DNA from: Minisyncoccia bacterium
GTDB lineage: Bacteria; Patescibacteriota; Minisyncoccia; UBA6257; 2-01-FULL-56-20
Assembly (NCBI GenBank): GCA_049997875.1
Contig: JBEKRC010000001.1
Location: forward strand, 236,609-300,608
DNA: 64,000 nt
Direction of reading: 5' to 3'
In this document: piece after piece, positions 56,472 to 64,000 of the stretch
Numbering within the stretch: position 1 is the stretch's first letter
Layout: the number at the start of each line of letters is the position of its first letter
Program-made: the position numbers and the translations under genes
The notes under the pieces: model-generated
What the model saw: the letters and a program-made list of their open reading frames with translations, nothing else
What the model was told of the DNA's origin: nothing
The model's database searches: none

Positions 56472-56614
56472 GCTTTTAGTATAGCACATTCCCGTCTGTT
56501 AACCGCAATTTAGCGGAGTCCTTTCGCCCTGCGACTTTTTGTCGCCTGATCTGAACCTCTCTAAGCACTGAAAAACCGAGGGGGAACTGTCCCTCGAACG
56601 GGTGTGCAACATTG

Positions 56615-56701
56615 CGGAGGCGGAAGGATTCGAACCTTCGAAGGGATTTCTCCCTTAACATCTTAGCAGGATGCTGCTTTAAGCCGCTCAGCCACGCCTC
56701 C
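56615..56701 (-). tRNA. tRNA-Ser (anticodon GCT), class II
   Basis: Reverse complement folds: acceptor GGAGGCG/CGCCTCC, anticodon loop CTGCTAA, long variable hairpin, T-arm GAAGG-TTCGAAT-CCTTC. Confidence 0.8.
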
Positions 56702-56768
56702 AAACTACTTCGTCATAGTACACGAGAAACTTGTTTTTATCAAGATTTTCTGCTACATTTCATTGGTT

Positions 56769-58370
56769 ATGGCAAGTGAGACGGCGACAAAAAATCTGAA
56801 ATCGCGCCCGCCAATCGTGGTCGTCGTTGGGCACGTGGACCACGGGAAGACGACGCTTCTGGATTACATCCGGAAGACGAACGTTGCGGCGCGGGAGGCG
56901 GGCGGCATCACGCAGGCCGTGGGCGCGTACGAGATTGTGCACGCACCGGCGGGCGCCAAGGAGGGAAACGCGCCAGGCGGCGGCGCACCAAGCGGTGTGC
57001 TGCGGAAGATTACCTTTATTGACACGCCCGGGCACGAGGCGTTCATGGCGATGCGTGCGCGCGGGGCGCAGACGGCGGACATGGCGATCCTTGTTGTTGC
57101 CGCAGACGAGGGGGTAAAGCCGCAAACAAAAGAATCCATCAAGATTTTGGAGGACGCGAAGACGCCGTTCATCGTCGCGTTCAACAAAATTGACAAAGTG
57201 CAGGGCGGCAATTTTGAAAAGGCAAAAACGGACTTGATGAATGCGGGGGTGATGCTTGAGGGTTACGGCGGGCAGATAAGTTATCATGGGGTTTCCGCAA
57301 AGACGGGCGAGGGCGTAGGCGAGCTTTTAGACTTAGTGCTCCTCGCCTCCGACATGGAAGATTTGACATACGATCCTAAGGCTCCGGCTTCCGGCTATGT
57401 TCTTGAGGCGCGGCGCGATCCGCAGCGCGGCATTGAAGCAAGCGTGATCGTAAAAAACGGGACGCTCCACCGCGGCGATCCGGTCGCGACGCATACGGCG
57501 AGCGGCAAGGTGAAAATGCTTGAGGATTTTGCCGGGAAGTCCGCGGCGAGCCTGGAGCCGTCCGCGCCTGCGGTGATCATCGGTTTTGAGGAGCTTCCGA
57601 AAGTCGGGGAGGAATTTGCAGTGGGGGGACCCAAGGAGGCTGCATCATCTGCGCAGCGCGCCGTGGCTGCCACACAGATTGCAAAATCAAAACCGAACAC
57701 GCTGAATCTGATCCTCAAGGCTTCCGACGCTGGATCGCTTGAGGCGCTTTCGGCAGTCTTGAAGAGTGTTGATAAGCAAGGTGGCAAGGAAGTCAATGTG
57801 GTTGAGGAATCAGTGGGTGCCGTGACCGACGGTGACGTACGGCGCGCGCAGGCGACCAACGCTACGATTATCGGGTTTAAAAATAAAGTGGAGAAAGGCG
57901 CGAGGAACCTTGCGGATGCGCAATCGGTCATGATCATTACGTCGGAAGTCGTCTACGACCTCGTGAAGGCCGTGGAAGATTTCCTTGCCGGAAAACTGGG
58001 TCCGGCAGCCGCAGGGGAGCTTGAGGTGCTCGCGGTTTTTAATCAGGACAAGCTGGATAAACAGCTCCTCGGGGGGCGTGTGGTGAACGGCATCTTCCGC
58101 GAAAAGGCATCGTTTGAAATTCTGCGGCGCGGCACGGCGGAGGTTGCTCCCGGGAAAGGTGCCGACGAGAAGGGCGCTCCTGTGGAAGGCGCTCCGGAGG
58201 GAGGTGCTTCTCGCGATGTGCCAAAAGCGGCGGTCGGCACGGGTCGCGTCCTCAATCTGCGCGAGAAGAAATCGGAAATCACTCAGGCGGAAAAAGGAAA
58301 GGAGATCGGCGTACTCGCGAACTCGCAGGTGTTGATCAAAACGGGCGACATGCTCGTCATTCATAAATAA
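56769..58370 (+). CDS. infB: Translation initiation factor IF-2 (short form lacking N-terminal domains)
   Basis: G-domain [19 protein letters not shown]-terminal IF2 beta-barrel domains. Confidence 0.85.
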   Translation: MASETATKNLKSRPPIVVVVGHVDHGKTTLLDYIRKTNVAAREAGGITQAVGAYEIVHAPAGAKEGNAPGGGAPSGVLRKITFIDTPGHEAFMAMRARGAQTADMAILVVAADEGVKPQTKESIKILEDAKTPFIVAFNKIDKVQGGNFEKAKTDLMNAGVMLEGYGGQISYHGVSAKTGEGVGELLDLVLLASDMEDLTYDPKAPASGYVLEARRDPQRGIEASVIVKNGTLHRGDPVATHTASGKVKMLEDFAGKSAASLEPSAPAVIIGFEELPKVGEEFAVGGPKEAASSAQRAVAATQIAKSKPNTLNLILKASDAGSLEALSAVLKSVDKQGGKEVNVVEESVGAVTDGDVRRAQATNATIIGFKNKVEKGARNLADAQSVMIITSEVVYDLVKAVEDFLAGKLGPAAAGELEVLAVFNQDKLDKQLLGGRVVNGIFREKASFEILRRGTAEVAPGKGADEKGAPVEGAPEGGASRDVPKAAVGTGRVLNLREKKSEITQAEKGKEIGVLANSQVLIKTGDMLVIHK

Positions 58371-58377
58371 TTTCGCA

Positions 58378-58707
58378 ATGCGTTTTTTTCGTTCCGAGCG
58401 GGTCGGCAAATTAATACGTGCGGAATTTTCAAAGATCATTATCCGGGAGGTTGAATTTCCCGATGCCCTCGTCACGATCACCGCGGTTACGGTGGATAAA
58501 AAGTTGGAGCGTGCGAAGGTCGGCGTGAGTGCGATCCCGTCGTCTGCAGGCGACGCCGTATTCGCCGAACTCCAAAAGCGCGTGGGCTATCTCCAGTATC
58601 TTTTGGCGAAAAAGATCAATATCAAGCCGATGCCGCGGATATCGTTCTATATTGATCATGGCGTGGAGAATGCCGCGGCGGTTGAAAAAGCGCTCTTAAA
58701 AAAGTAA
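58378..58707 (+). CDS. rbfA: Ribosome-binding factor A
   Basis: KH-like RbfA fold (RVGKLIRAEFSKII...ITAVTVDKKLERAKV); conserved infB-rbfA order. Confidence 0.8.
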   Translation: MRFFRSERVGKLIRAEFSKIIIREVEFPDALVTITAVTVDKKLERAKVGVSAIPSSAGDAVFAELQKRVGYLQYLLAKKINIKPMPRISFYIDHGVENAAAVEKALLKK

Positions 58708-58718
58708 GATTGAAGCAC

Positions 58719-58791
58719 GGCCTGGTAGCCAAATGGTCAAGGCATGGGTCTGCAAAACCCATATACGCGGGTTCGATTCCCGCCCAGGCCT
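58719..58791 (+). tRNA. tRNA-Cys (anticodon GCA)
   Basis: Acceptor GGCCTGG/CCAGGCC, anticodon loop CTGCAAA, T-arm GCGGG-TTCGATT-CCCGC. Confidence 0.85.
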
Positions 58792-58850
58792 CACGCAAGA
58801 CGCATTCTTGCGGGCGCGGTAAAATTAGTTTAGATTTAATTTGGTTTTAT

Positions 58851-58933
58851 GCCCAGGTGGCGGAATGGTATACGCGCGACGCTTAAAACGTTGTGAGCGA
58901 AAGCTCATGCCGGTCCGACTCCGGCCCTGGGCA
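58851..58933 (+). tRNA. tRNA-Leu (anticodon TAA), class II
   Basis: Acceptor GCCCAGG/CCTGGGC, anticodon loop CTTAAAA, variable hairpin GAGC-GAAA-GCTC, T-arm GCCGG-TCCGACT-CCGGC. Confidence 0.8.
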
Positions 58934-58951
58934 CGATTAAATAAAATAAAA

Positions 58952-59836
58952 ATGGCGATGGAAAAATATCAACCAAGCGGAGAAGAGGTGGCGCTTAAAA
59001 CAATAAAGGAGCGAATTGAGTTGTCTTTGCGGGAACCGGAAACGCGCCAAAAGGTTAAAGGTGACTTCACGCATACTTTCCACGAGCTCGGTCTTTCACC
59101 CGAACAAGCGAAGCAGCTTTGCGAAAATGTCTTCTCTTTACTTTCCACTGATGAACCATTGCCGGAAATTGAAACTGAAATCTTACACATATTTGAAGGA
59201 ACAAAATTGAAAGTTGGTGATAGGGAAGAAAACCTTATTGAAGTTTTGCATGAAAAGCTTGGGAACCGAGCCAGAATTATTGCCTCTCAGGTTTCGCCGT
59301 ACTTGAGAGACATCAAAGGAAAGGTAATTGATTATGGCGCTGGCGATGGGCAAGTTACGCAAATTTTGCACGATAAGCTTGGTTTGGACATTGAGGGTGT
59401 CGACGTGCGGTCATATAAGGCATCGGAGGTATCTGTTCCCGTTTTGCTTTTTAACGGCAGACGGGTAGATGTCGGCAGCGGGAATTATGAAGCTGGTTTG
59501 CTTGCAAACATTCTTCATCACGAGAAAGATAACGAAAATATTTTGAATGAACTTGATAGGATTGTTCGCCGGAGACTTGTAATTATCGAAACCGTTCCCG
59601 TCGGTGAAACCGAAGACGATATGGAGGGAGACAAGAATAGAACTTTTATGAACGACTACCTATATAATCGCCTTTTTCACAACGCCGATGTGCCTGTCCC
59701 CGGCACTTTCGAAACGCCGGGGAAATGGATTGAGCGTTTTACACAATATGGTTGGAAATTGGTTCGTGAAAGAGATTTAAAATTTGACCAGCCAACAATC
59801 AAGGACAGGCATTATTTGTTGGTGTTTGAAAAATAG
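58952..59836 (+). CDS. Class I SAM-dependent methyltransferase-like protein
   Basis: VIDYGAGDGQVT motif I. AT-richer than surroundings. The start is moved downstream of tRNA-Leu because the longer ORF reads through the tRNA. Confidence 0.45.
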   Translation: MAMEKYQPSGEEVALKTIKERIELSLREPETRQKVKGDFTHTFHELGLSPEQAKQLCENVFSLLSTDEPLPEIETEILHIFEGTKLKVGDREENLIEVLHEKLGNRARIIASQVSPYLRDIKGKVIDYGAGDGQVTQILHDKLGLDIEGVDVRSYKASEVSVPVLLFNGRRVDVGSGNYEAGLLANILHHEKDNENILNELDRIVRRRLVIIETVPVGETEDDMEGDKNRTFMNDYLYNRLFHNADVPVPGTFETPGKWIERFTQYGWKLVRERDLKFDQPTIKDRHYLLVFEK

Positions 59837-59926
59837 AGGATTTACTGCCGCTTTGTCTTTGGCTTCGGCGAGAAGTAATCATATGCAAACAATATTAAAT
59901 TTTTATTAACAAAAGGCGCGTTCCTT

Positions 59927-60014
59927 TGGTGCCCGGGGTGGGAGTCGAACCCACATGACCTTGCGATCACAGGATTTTGAGTCCTGCGCGTATAGCCAAT
60001 TCCGCCACCCGGGC
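59927..60014 (-). tRNA. tRNA-Leu (anticodon CAA), class II, CCA encoded
   Basis: Reverse complement: acceptor GCCCGGG/CCCGGGC, anticodon loop CTCAAAA, T-arm GTGGG-TTCGACT-CCCAC, 3' ACCA. Confidence 0.8.
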
Positions 60015-60091
60015 GCGTGGGGCGCGTGGGGCTGTAACCTCGCACGCTCGCACGATTGATAATAGTTATTTTACACGGTAAAATCAAGCTA

Positions 60092-60910
60092 ATGGCGCGC
60101 GTGATCGCGATTTGCAATCAGAAGGGAGGCGTGGGAAAAAGCACGTCTGCGGTGGGGCTCGGCGCATACCTTGCGGTTGCGGGTCGGCGCGTGTTGCTCA
60201 TTGACTTTGACCCGCAGGCGAACGCGAGTTCGGCGCTGGGCCACAATATAAAAGAAGGGCCAAGCGTCTATCACGGTATTCTGGGGACCGTGTCATACGA
60301 ACAAATCGTGAAGCCGACCGTTATTTTTAATTTTCATCTTGCTCCCGCGGCGCCGCACCTTGCAGGGGCGCTCGTGGAACTTGTGGACGTGCCCGAACGC
60401 GAGTACTTTTTGCGGAAGTTCGTAAACCGGCTGCGGCACAATTATGATTATATTTTGATAGACCTTCCGCCGAGCTTGAGTTTGCTCACGGTGAACGGGC
60501 TTGTTGCTGCGGACGAAGTGCTCATTCCCGTGCAGGCGGAGTATTACAGTTTGGAAGGCATTGGGCAGCTTTTGGAGACGGTGGAGCTCATCAGGAACAA
60601 TCTGAAGCATCCGCTCCGCATCGCGGGAGCGTTCATCACGATGTACGACAAGCGCGAGCACTTGAGCCGCGAGGTTTCAAAAAACCTCCGGCGGCATTTC
60701 CCGCATCACGTGTTTGCAGTAGAGATCCCGCGCGCGGTCGCGCTTGCGGAGGCGCCGAGTTTTTCAAAGCCAATTATTTTATACCGGCCGGATTCGCCGG
60801 GGGCCACGGCGTATAAACGGCTCGCGGACGAGATCATGGGACAGGAAAAGGATTTCAATCTGCCGCGGGAGGTCGTCGCGAGCGAAAATTTCGGGAATTT
60901 CAATATTTGA
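60092..60910 (+). CDS. parA: Chromosome partitioning ATPase ParA/Soj
   Basis: Deviant Walker A KGGVGKST; ParA family; followed by parB. Confidence 0.85.
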   Translation: MARVIAICNQKGGVGKSTSAVGLGAYLAVAGRRVLLIDFDPQANASSALGHNIKEGPSVYHGILGTVSYEQIVKPTVIFNFHLAPAAPHLAGALVELVDVPEREYFLRKFVNRLRHNYDYILIDLPPSLSLLTVNGLVAADEVLIPVQAEYYSLEGIGQLLETVELIRNNLKHPLRIAGAFITMYDKREHLSREVSKNLRRHFPHHVFAVEIPRAVALAEAPSFSKPIILYRPDSPGATAYKRLADEIMGQEKDFNLPREVVASENFGNFNI

Positions 60911-60922
60911 TTTACTGCGCAT

Positions 60923-62122
60923 ATGCTTGGCAAAGGACTTGAGTCGTTAATACCGAAGAAGGGGGACGGAAGCGGCGGCGGCGGCGGTAACGGGAACGGC
61001 GGCGGGAGCGGCGGGCAGAATGTTCCGTCATCGCAGCCGCCGGTTTCGCAGACGCCAGCTCCACAGGCGCTGGCTCTGCCGCCGGATTCGGAAATGGAAA
61101 TTGTGCGCGCCGATGCGGCACGGGAAGAGCCGCGCGTAGCCCCGCCAATTGAAGCGCGAGCGGCAGCCGCACCGATTTCGCAACCGCAATCGCAACCCCA
61201 GCAACCGCAACCCGCACGGCCGCAACTACAGCCAACGGTTCCTCCCGCGTCAGATGCGGCAAAAGCGTTTAACGGCGAACCGCAGGAAATGGGCTCGGTC
61301 TTTCATATTGAAGTGGACAGGATAACGCCGAATCCGAACCAGCCGCGCCGGAACTTTGACGAAGCGGGGCTTCGCGACCTCGCACATTCCATCCGCGAGT
61401 TTGGATTTCTCCAACCACTTGTCGTTTCGCGCATTGAAAAAGAAACGTCCGGGGGCGTAGGCGTCGCATACCAATTGGTCGCGGGTGAGCGGCGGCTTCT
61501 GGCCGCGAAAATGCTCGGGCTCGCGACGGTGCCCGCCATTATCCGGAACGTGGATCTTGAACGCGAAAAATTGGAGCTCGCCGTTTTGGAAAATATCCAG
61601 CGCGAGAATTTGAATCCGATAGAGGCCGCGCGCGCGTTCCAACGGTTGCAGGAGGAATTCCGGATGACCCAGCGCGAGATTGCGGCGAAGCTCGGCAAGT
61701 CACGGGAGGTTGTGGCGAACGCCGTGCGACTTTTGGATCTTCCCGAATACATCCGGACGGCGGTGGAAAAAGGGACGATCTCCGAGAGCAGCGCGCGATT
61801 ACTTTTGGCCGTTCCCGACCCGGGCGCGCAGCAGCGCCTTTTTGAGGATATCGTGCAGCATGGGCTCACGACGCGCGATGTGAGGGAGCGCGTAGGAGAA
61901 CTCGGCAGCAGTGTCGCGGGCGGGCGTCGCCGCGGCCGGCCGCCAAAGAGCGCGGAAGCGCCCCTGCCGCCGGAACTCAAAGCGATGCAGGAATCGTTGA
62001 GCGCGGACCTCGGTGCGCCCGTCACGATCCACAAAGGCGCGGGCACCGGCAAGATCACCATCGCCTTTTACTCAGAAGAGGAATTGGAAAACATTCTGCG
62101 TCGGCTCGGTTCCGGCAGCTAG
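60923..62122 (+). CDS. parB: Chromosome partitioning protein ParB/Spo0J with ~120-aa disordered N-terminal extension
   Basis: ParB box (GERRLLAAKMLG), HTH. Preceded by Gly-rich then Pro/Gln-rich low-complexity N-terminus. Confidence 0.85.
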   Translation: MLGKGLESLIPKKGDGSGGGGGNGNGGGSGGQNVPSSQPPVSQTPAPQALALPPDSEMEIVRADAAREEPRVAPPIEARAAAAPISQPQSQPQQPQPARPQLQPTVPPASDAAKAFNGEPQEMGSVFHIEVDRITPNPNQPRRNFDEAGLRDLAHSIREFGFLQPLVVSRIEKETSGGVGVAYQLVAGERRLLAAKMLGLATVPAIIRNVDLEREKLELAVLENIQRENLNPIEAARAFQRLQEEFRMTQREIAAKLGKSREVVANAVRLLDLPEYIRTAVEKGTISESSARLLLAVPDPGAQQRLFEDIVQHGLTTRDVRERVGELGSSVAGGRRRGRPPKSAEAPLPPELKAMQESLSADLGAPVTIHKGAGTGKITIAFYSEEELENILRRLGSGS

Positions 62123-62165
62123 TTCTATCAGCCGACCGCGTCACTCACGACAGTTAAATTACCAG

Positions 62166-63863
62166 CTACAGCAGTTTGTAGCTTTCTTCCTTCACTTCTT
62201 TTATCGCTTTCAGCTTGACGATCAGTTTGTCAATTTTGTCCTTATCAGCGGTTTTGATTTCAATCCGATAGAATTGGTAGCGGCCCCCTCTCGGGTTTTC
62301 GGTGTAAAAGTTAATGATGGCGAGGTGCTGGCGCGCGATCACCTCTGAAATGTTTCTGATGAGGCCGATGCGGGGTTCCACCGTGAGCTTCAATTCCGCA
62401 TGCGTGGGCGCTTTCGCCATGCGCACGAACTTGTTTTTCCCGCGCAGCGCCCCGCGAATGTGGTCACGGGCGATGCCGGTCGCGACGAAGCGGAGCCAGT
62501 CATCCGACGGTTTTTTCCCTTTTTGGGTGATAATGTAGACCACGTCCCCCGATTTCAGCTTGTGGTCAAGCGGCACGAGCGTGCCGTTCACCCGCGCCCC
62601 TGCGGCAGTGTTCCCGATGGCAGAGTGGATATGATACGCGAAATCCACGGGCGTGGCGCCCTGCGGCAGGTCAATGACGTCGCCGCGCGGCGTGACGGCA
62701 AAGATGCGTCCGCGGAAGAAGTCAATCTTCATCGCGTCCAAAAATTCTTCCGGTTTTTCTCCTCCGCCAAAGAACCGCTCTTGCCAAGCTCGGAGTTGCT
62801 GTACCCAGGAGAGATCTTCTGCGAGCTGTTTCCCGGAAATTTTTTCGCCGCGGCGTTTCTGGTCGTAGAGCCAGTGCGCGGCGACGCCATATTCGTTCTC
62901 GTCGTGCATTTCCCTCGTCCGTATTTGAAACTCAATTGTTTTGTCGTCCGGGCCGATCACCGTGGTGTGCAAGCTGCGGTAACCGTTCGGTTTCGGCAAG
63001 GCGACGTAGTCCTTGATGCGGTGGGGAACCGGCGGCCACGCTTCATGGATCACGCCGAGCGCGGCGTAGCATTCGGGGACGGTGGCTACGATCACGCGCA
63101 TCGCGACGAGGTCGTAGATTTTCCCCATGTTCATGTCGCGGCGCAGAAGTTTTTTATACAAACTGGCGTAACGTTTGGCCCGGATTTCTATATCCAGCGG
63201 TTTGATCGCGTGTTCCTCAAGGAGCTTGCGCACCTGCGGTTTCATCTTTTCCAAATATGCGAGCCGTTCTTTATATTGCTCTTTTGCCGTGGAAAGGAGC
63301 CATCGGTAGTCGGCAGGATGGAGATAGGGGAACGCGAGATCTTCCAGTTCGCCGGAAAGATTGTGCATGCCGAGGCGGTAGGCGAGCGGCGCGTAGATCT
63401 CATCCGTCTCCATCGCGATCCGCTTTTGCTTTGCAGGGGGGAGCGCCGCGAGCGTCTGCATGTTATGGAGGCGGTCGGCGAGCTTGATGAAAACGACGCG
63501 GAGGTCCTCGGAAATCGCGAGGATCATTTTCCGGAGATTTTCCGCCCTGTTTTCCGCGCCGCGGTATTTGATGCGGCCGAGTTTTGTGACGCCGTCCACG
63601 AGGAATGCGACATCGTCTCCGAAGTCCTTTTTTACGGTTTCAAGAGGAAGGCCGGTGTCTTCCACGGTGTCGTGCAGGAGGCCCGCGGCGACCGTGTCTT
63701 CGTCAAGGTGCCACCCATTCAACGTTTCCGCAGTCGCGAGCGGGTGATTAAAGTAGGGCTCGCCGGTTTTCCTTTGTTGCACTTTGTGCACTCGGAGAGC
63801 GAAGGCGTATGCTTTGCCGATCAGGCTGTCGGGTTGTTTTTTGGCGAGCTCCTTTATAGTCAT
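62166..63863 (-). CDS. rel: Bifunctional (p)ppGpp synthetase/hydrolase Rel/SpoT (short form)
   Basis: HD hydrolase domain (HD ... LHDTVEDT), synthetase domain (RVKDYVALPKPNGYRSLHTTV), TGS domain; about 565 aa. Confidence 0.85.
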   Translation of the reverse strand: MTIKELAKKQPDSLIGKAYAFALRVHKVQQRKTGEPYFNHPLATAETLNGWHLDEDTVAAGLLHDTVEDTGLPLETVKKDFGDDVAFLVDGVTKLGRIKYRGAENRAENLRKMILAISEDLRVVFIKLADRLHNMQTLAALPPAKQKRIAMETDEIYAPLAYRLGMHNLSGELEDLAFPYLHPADYRWLLSTAKEQYKERLAYLEKMKPQVRKLLEEHAIKPLDIEIRAKRYASLYKKLLRRDMNMGKIYDLVAMRVIVATVPECYAALGVIHEAWPPVPHRIKDYVALPKPNGYRSLHTTVIGPDDKTIEFQIRTREMHDENEYGVAAHWLYDQKRRGEKISGKQLAEDLSWVQQLRAWQERFFGGGEKPEEFLDAMKIDFFRGRIFAVTPRGDVIDLPQGATPVDFAYHIHSAIGNTAAGARVNGTLVPLDHKLKSGDVVYIITQKGKKPSDDWLRFVATGIARDHIRGALRGKNKFVRMAKAPTHAELKLTVEPRIGLIRNISEVIARQHLAIINFYTENPRGGRYQFYRIEIKTADKDKIDKLIVKLKAIKEVKEESYKLL

Positions 63864-64000
63864 GTACCTATCTTATGACCGCGGCGAGGCGCGCGCAAAT
63901 CCTGCGCGCTATTTTTTTACCTTCGCCTTCGGCGGGTTTTCTCGCCAACGCCTCAGCGCTTCCTCAAGGTCGGCCTCTGATTCGGGTTTTTTGTTCATCA

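Noticed and set aside
58841-58951. N-terminal 37 codons of the 331-aa ORF
   Set aside because: This segment is the tRNA-Leu(TAA) gene read as protein. The true start was moved to 58952.
62164-62183. Hairpin AGCTACA-GCAGTT-TGTAGCT between parB and rel as a bidirectional terminator
   Set aside because: It lies inside the last codons of rel (…SYKLL*) and has only a weak T-run.
63912-63998. 29-aa minus-strand ORF at the window edge (MNKKPESEADLEEALRRWRENPPKAKVKK)
   Set aside because: Too short, with no context inside the window. It may be a small protein gene or the upstream leader of a gene beyond the window; there is not enough evidence to call it.

Overview
This 64 kb window is fairly GC-rich and gene-dense. 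It looks like a small-genome, Gram-positive-type bacterium, possibly CPR/Patescibacteria-like. That inference rests on a short IF-2, an archaeal-type UMP kinase, a sortase with LPNTG substrates, and many compact overlapping genes.

Left third (0.7-13.6 kb): a cell-surface glycan biosynthesis cluster. It contains transaldolase, GmhA, GmhB, two nucleotidyltransferases, an epimerase, an initiating polyprenyl-phosphate sugar transferase, three GT2 proteins, a Wzx flippase, two DUF218 paralogs and an EEP-family phosphoesterase. This is followed by a DedA membrane protein, a PAP2-like phosphatase and a thiol-redox cluster (DsbA-like, SPW-repeat protein, glutaredoxin, TrxB).

Middle (17-40 kb):
- groES/groEL, LemA, HtpX and pyrH.
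- A tRNA-Ser followed by an accessory patch: membrane protein, GNAT, a Cys-rich ORF and a convergent ATP-grasp ligase.
- A three-gene extracytoplasmic flavinylation module: an FMN-binding protein with an SGAT motif, ApbE, and a membrane FNR-like reductase.
- tldD/tldE and an S53 peptidase.
- gyrB, followed by a large nested inverted repeat and a promoter-to-terminator structured RNA candidate.
- A clearly AT-rich island carrying two small P-loop kinases, an HNH endonuclease and a RelB-like antitoxin with a 5-bp-duplication-frameshifted RelE/ParE toxin.
- secE-nusG-rpsR.

Right third (40-64 kb):
- A PAP2 phosphatase, class-2 pyrD translationally coupled to a small Cys-containing membrane protein, GNAT, riboflavin kinase, an EamA transporter and serC/serA.
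- A large extracytoplasmic protein.
- A cytoplasmic histidine kinase whose N-terminus is built from 42-nt in-frame tandem repeats, plus a CheY-like regulator.
- Two DUF3494 (ice-binding-like) surface proteins, one with a DUF11 repeat and an LPNTG anchor next to a sortase; the second carries a peptidoglycan-binding domain.
- A DEAD-box helicase.
- tRNA-Ser(GCT), infB, rbfA, tRNA-Cys, and a methyltransferase between convergent tRNA-Leu genes.
- parA/parB and rel.

Other recurring signals: two T-arm-containing tRNA-like fragments, and an identical 17-nt AT-rich motif immediately upstream of three -35 boxes. No rRNA or CRISPR array is present.
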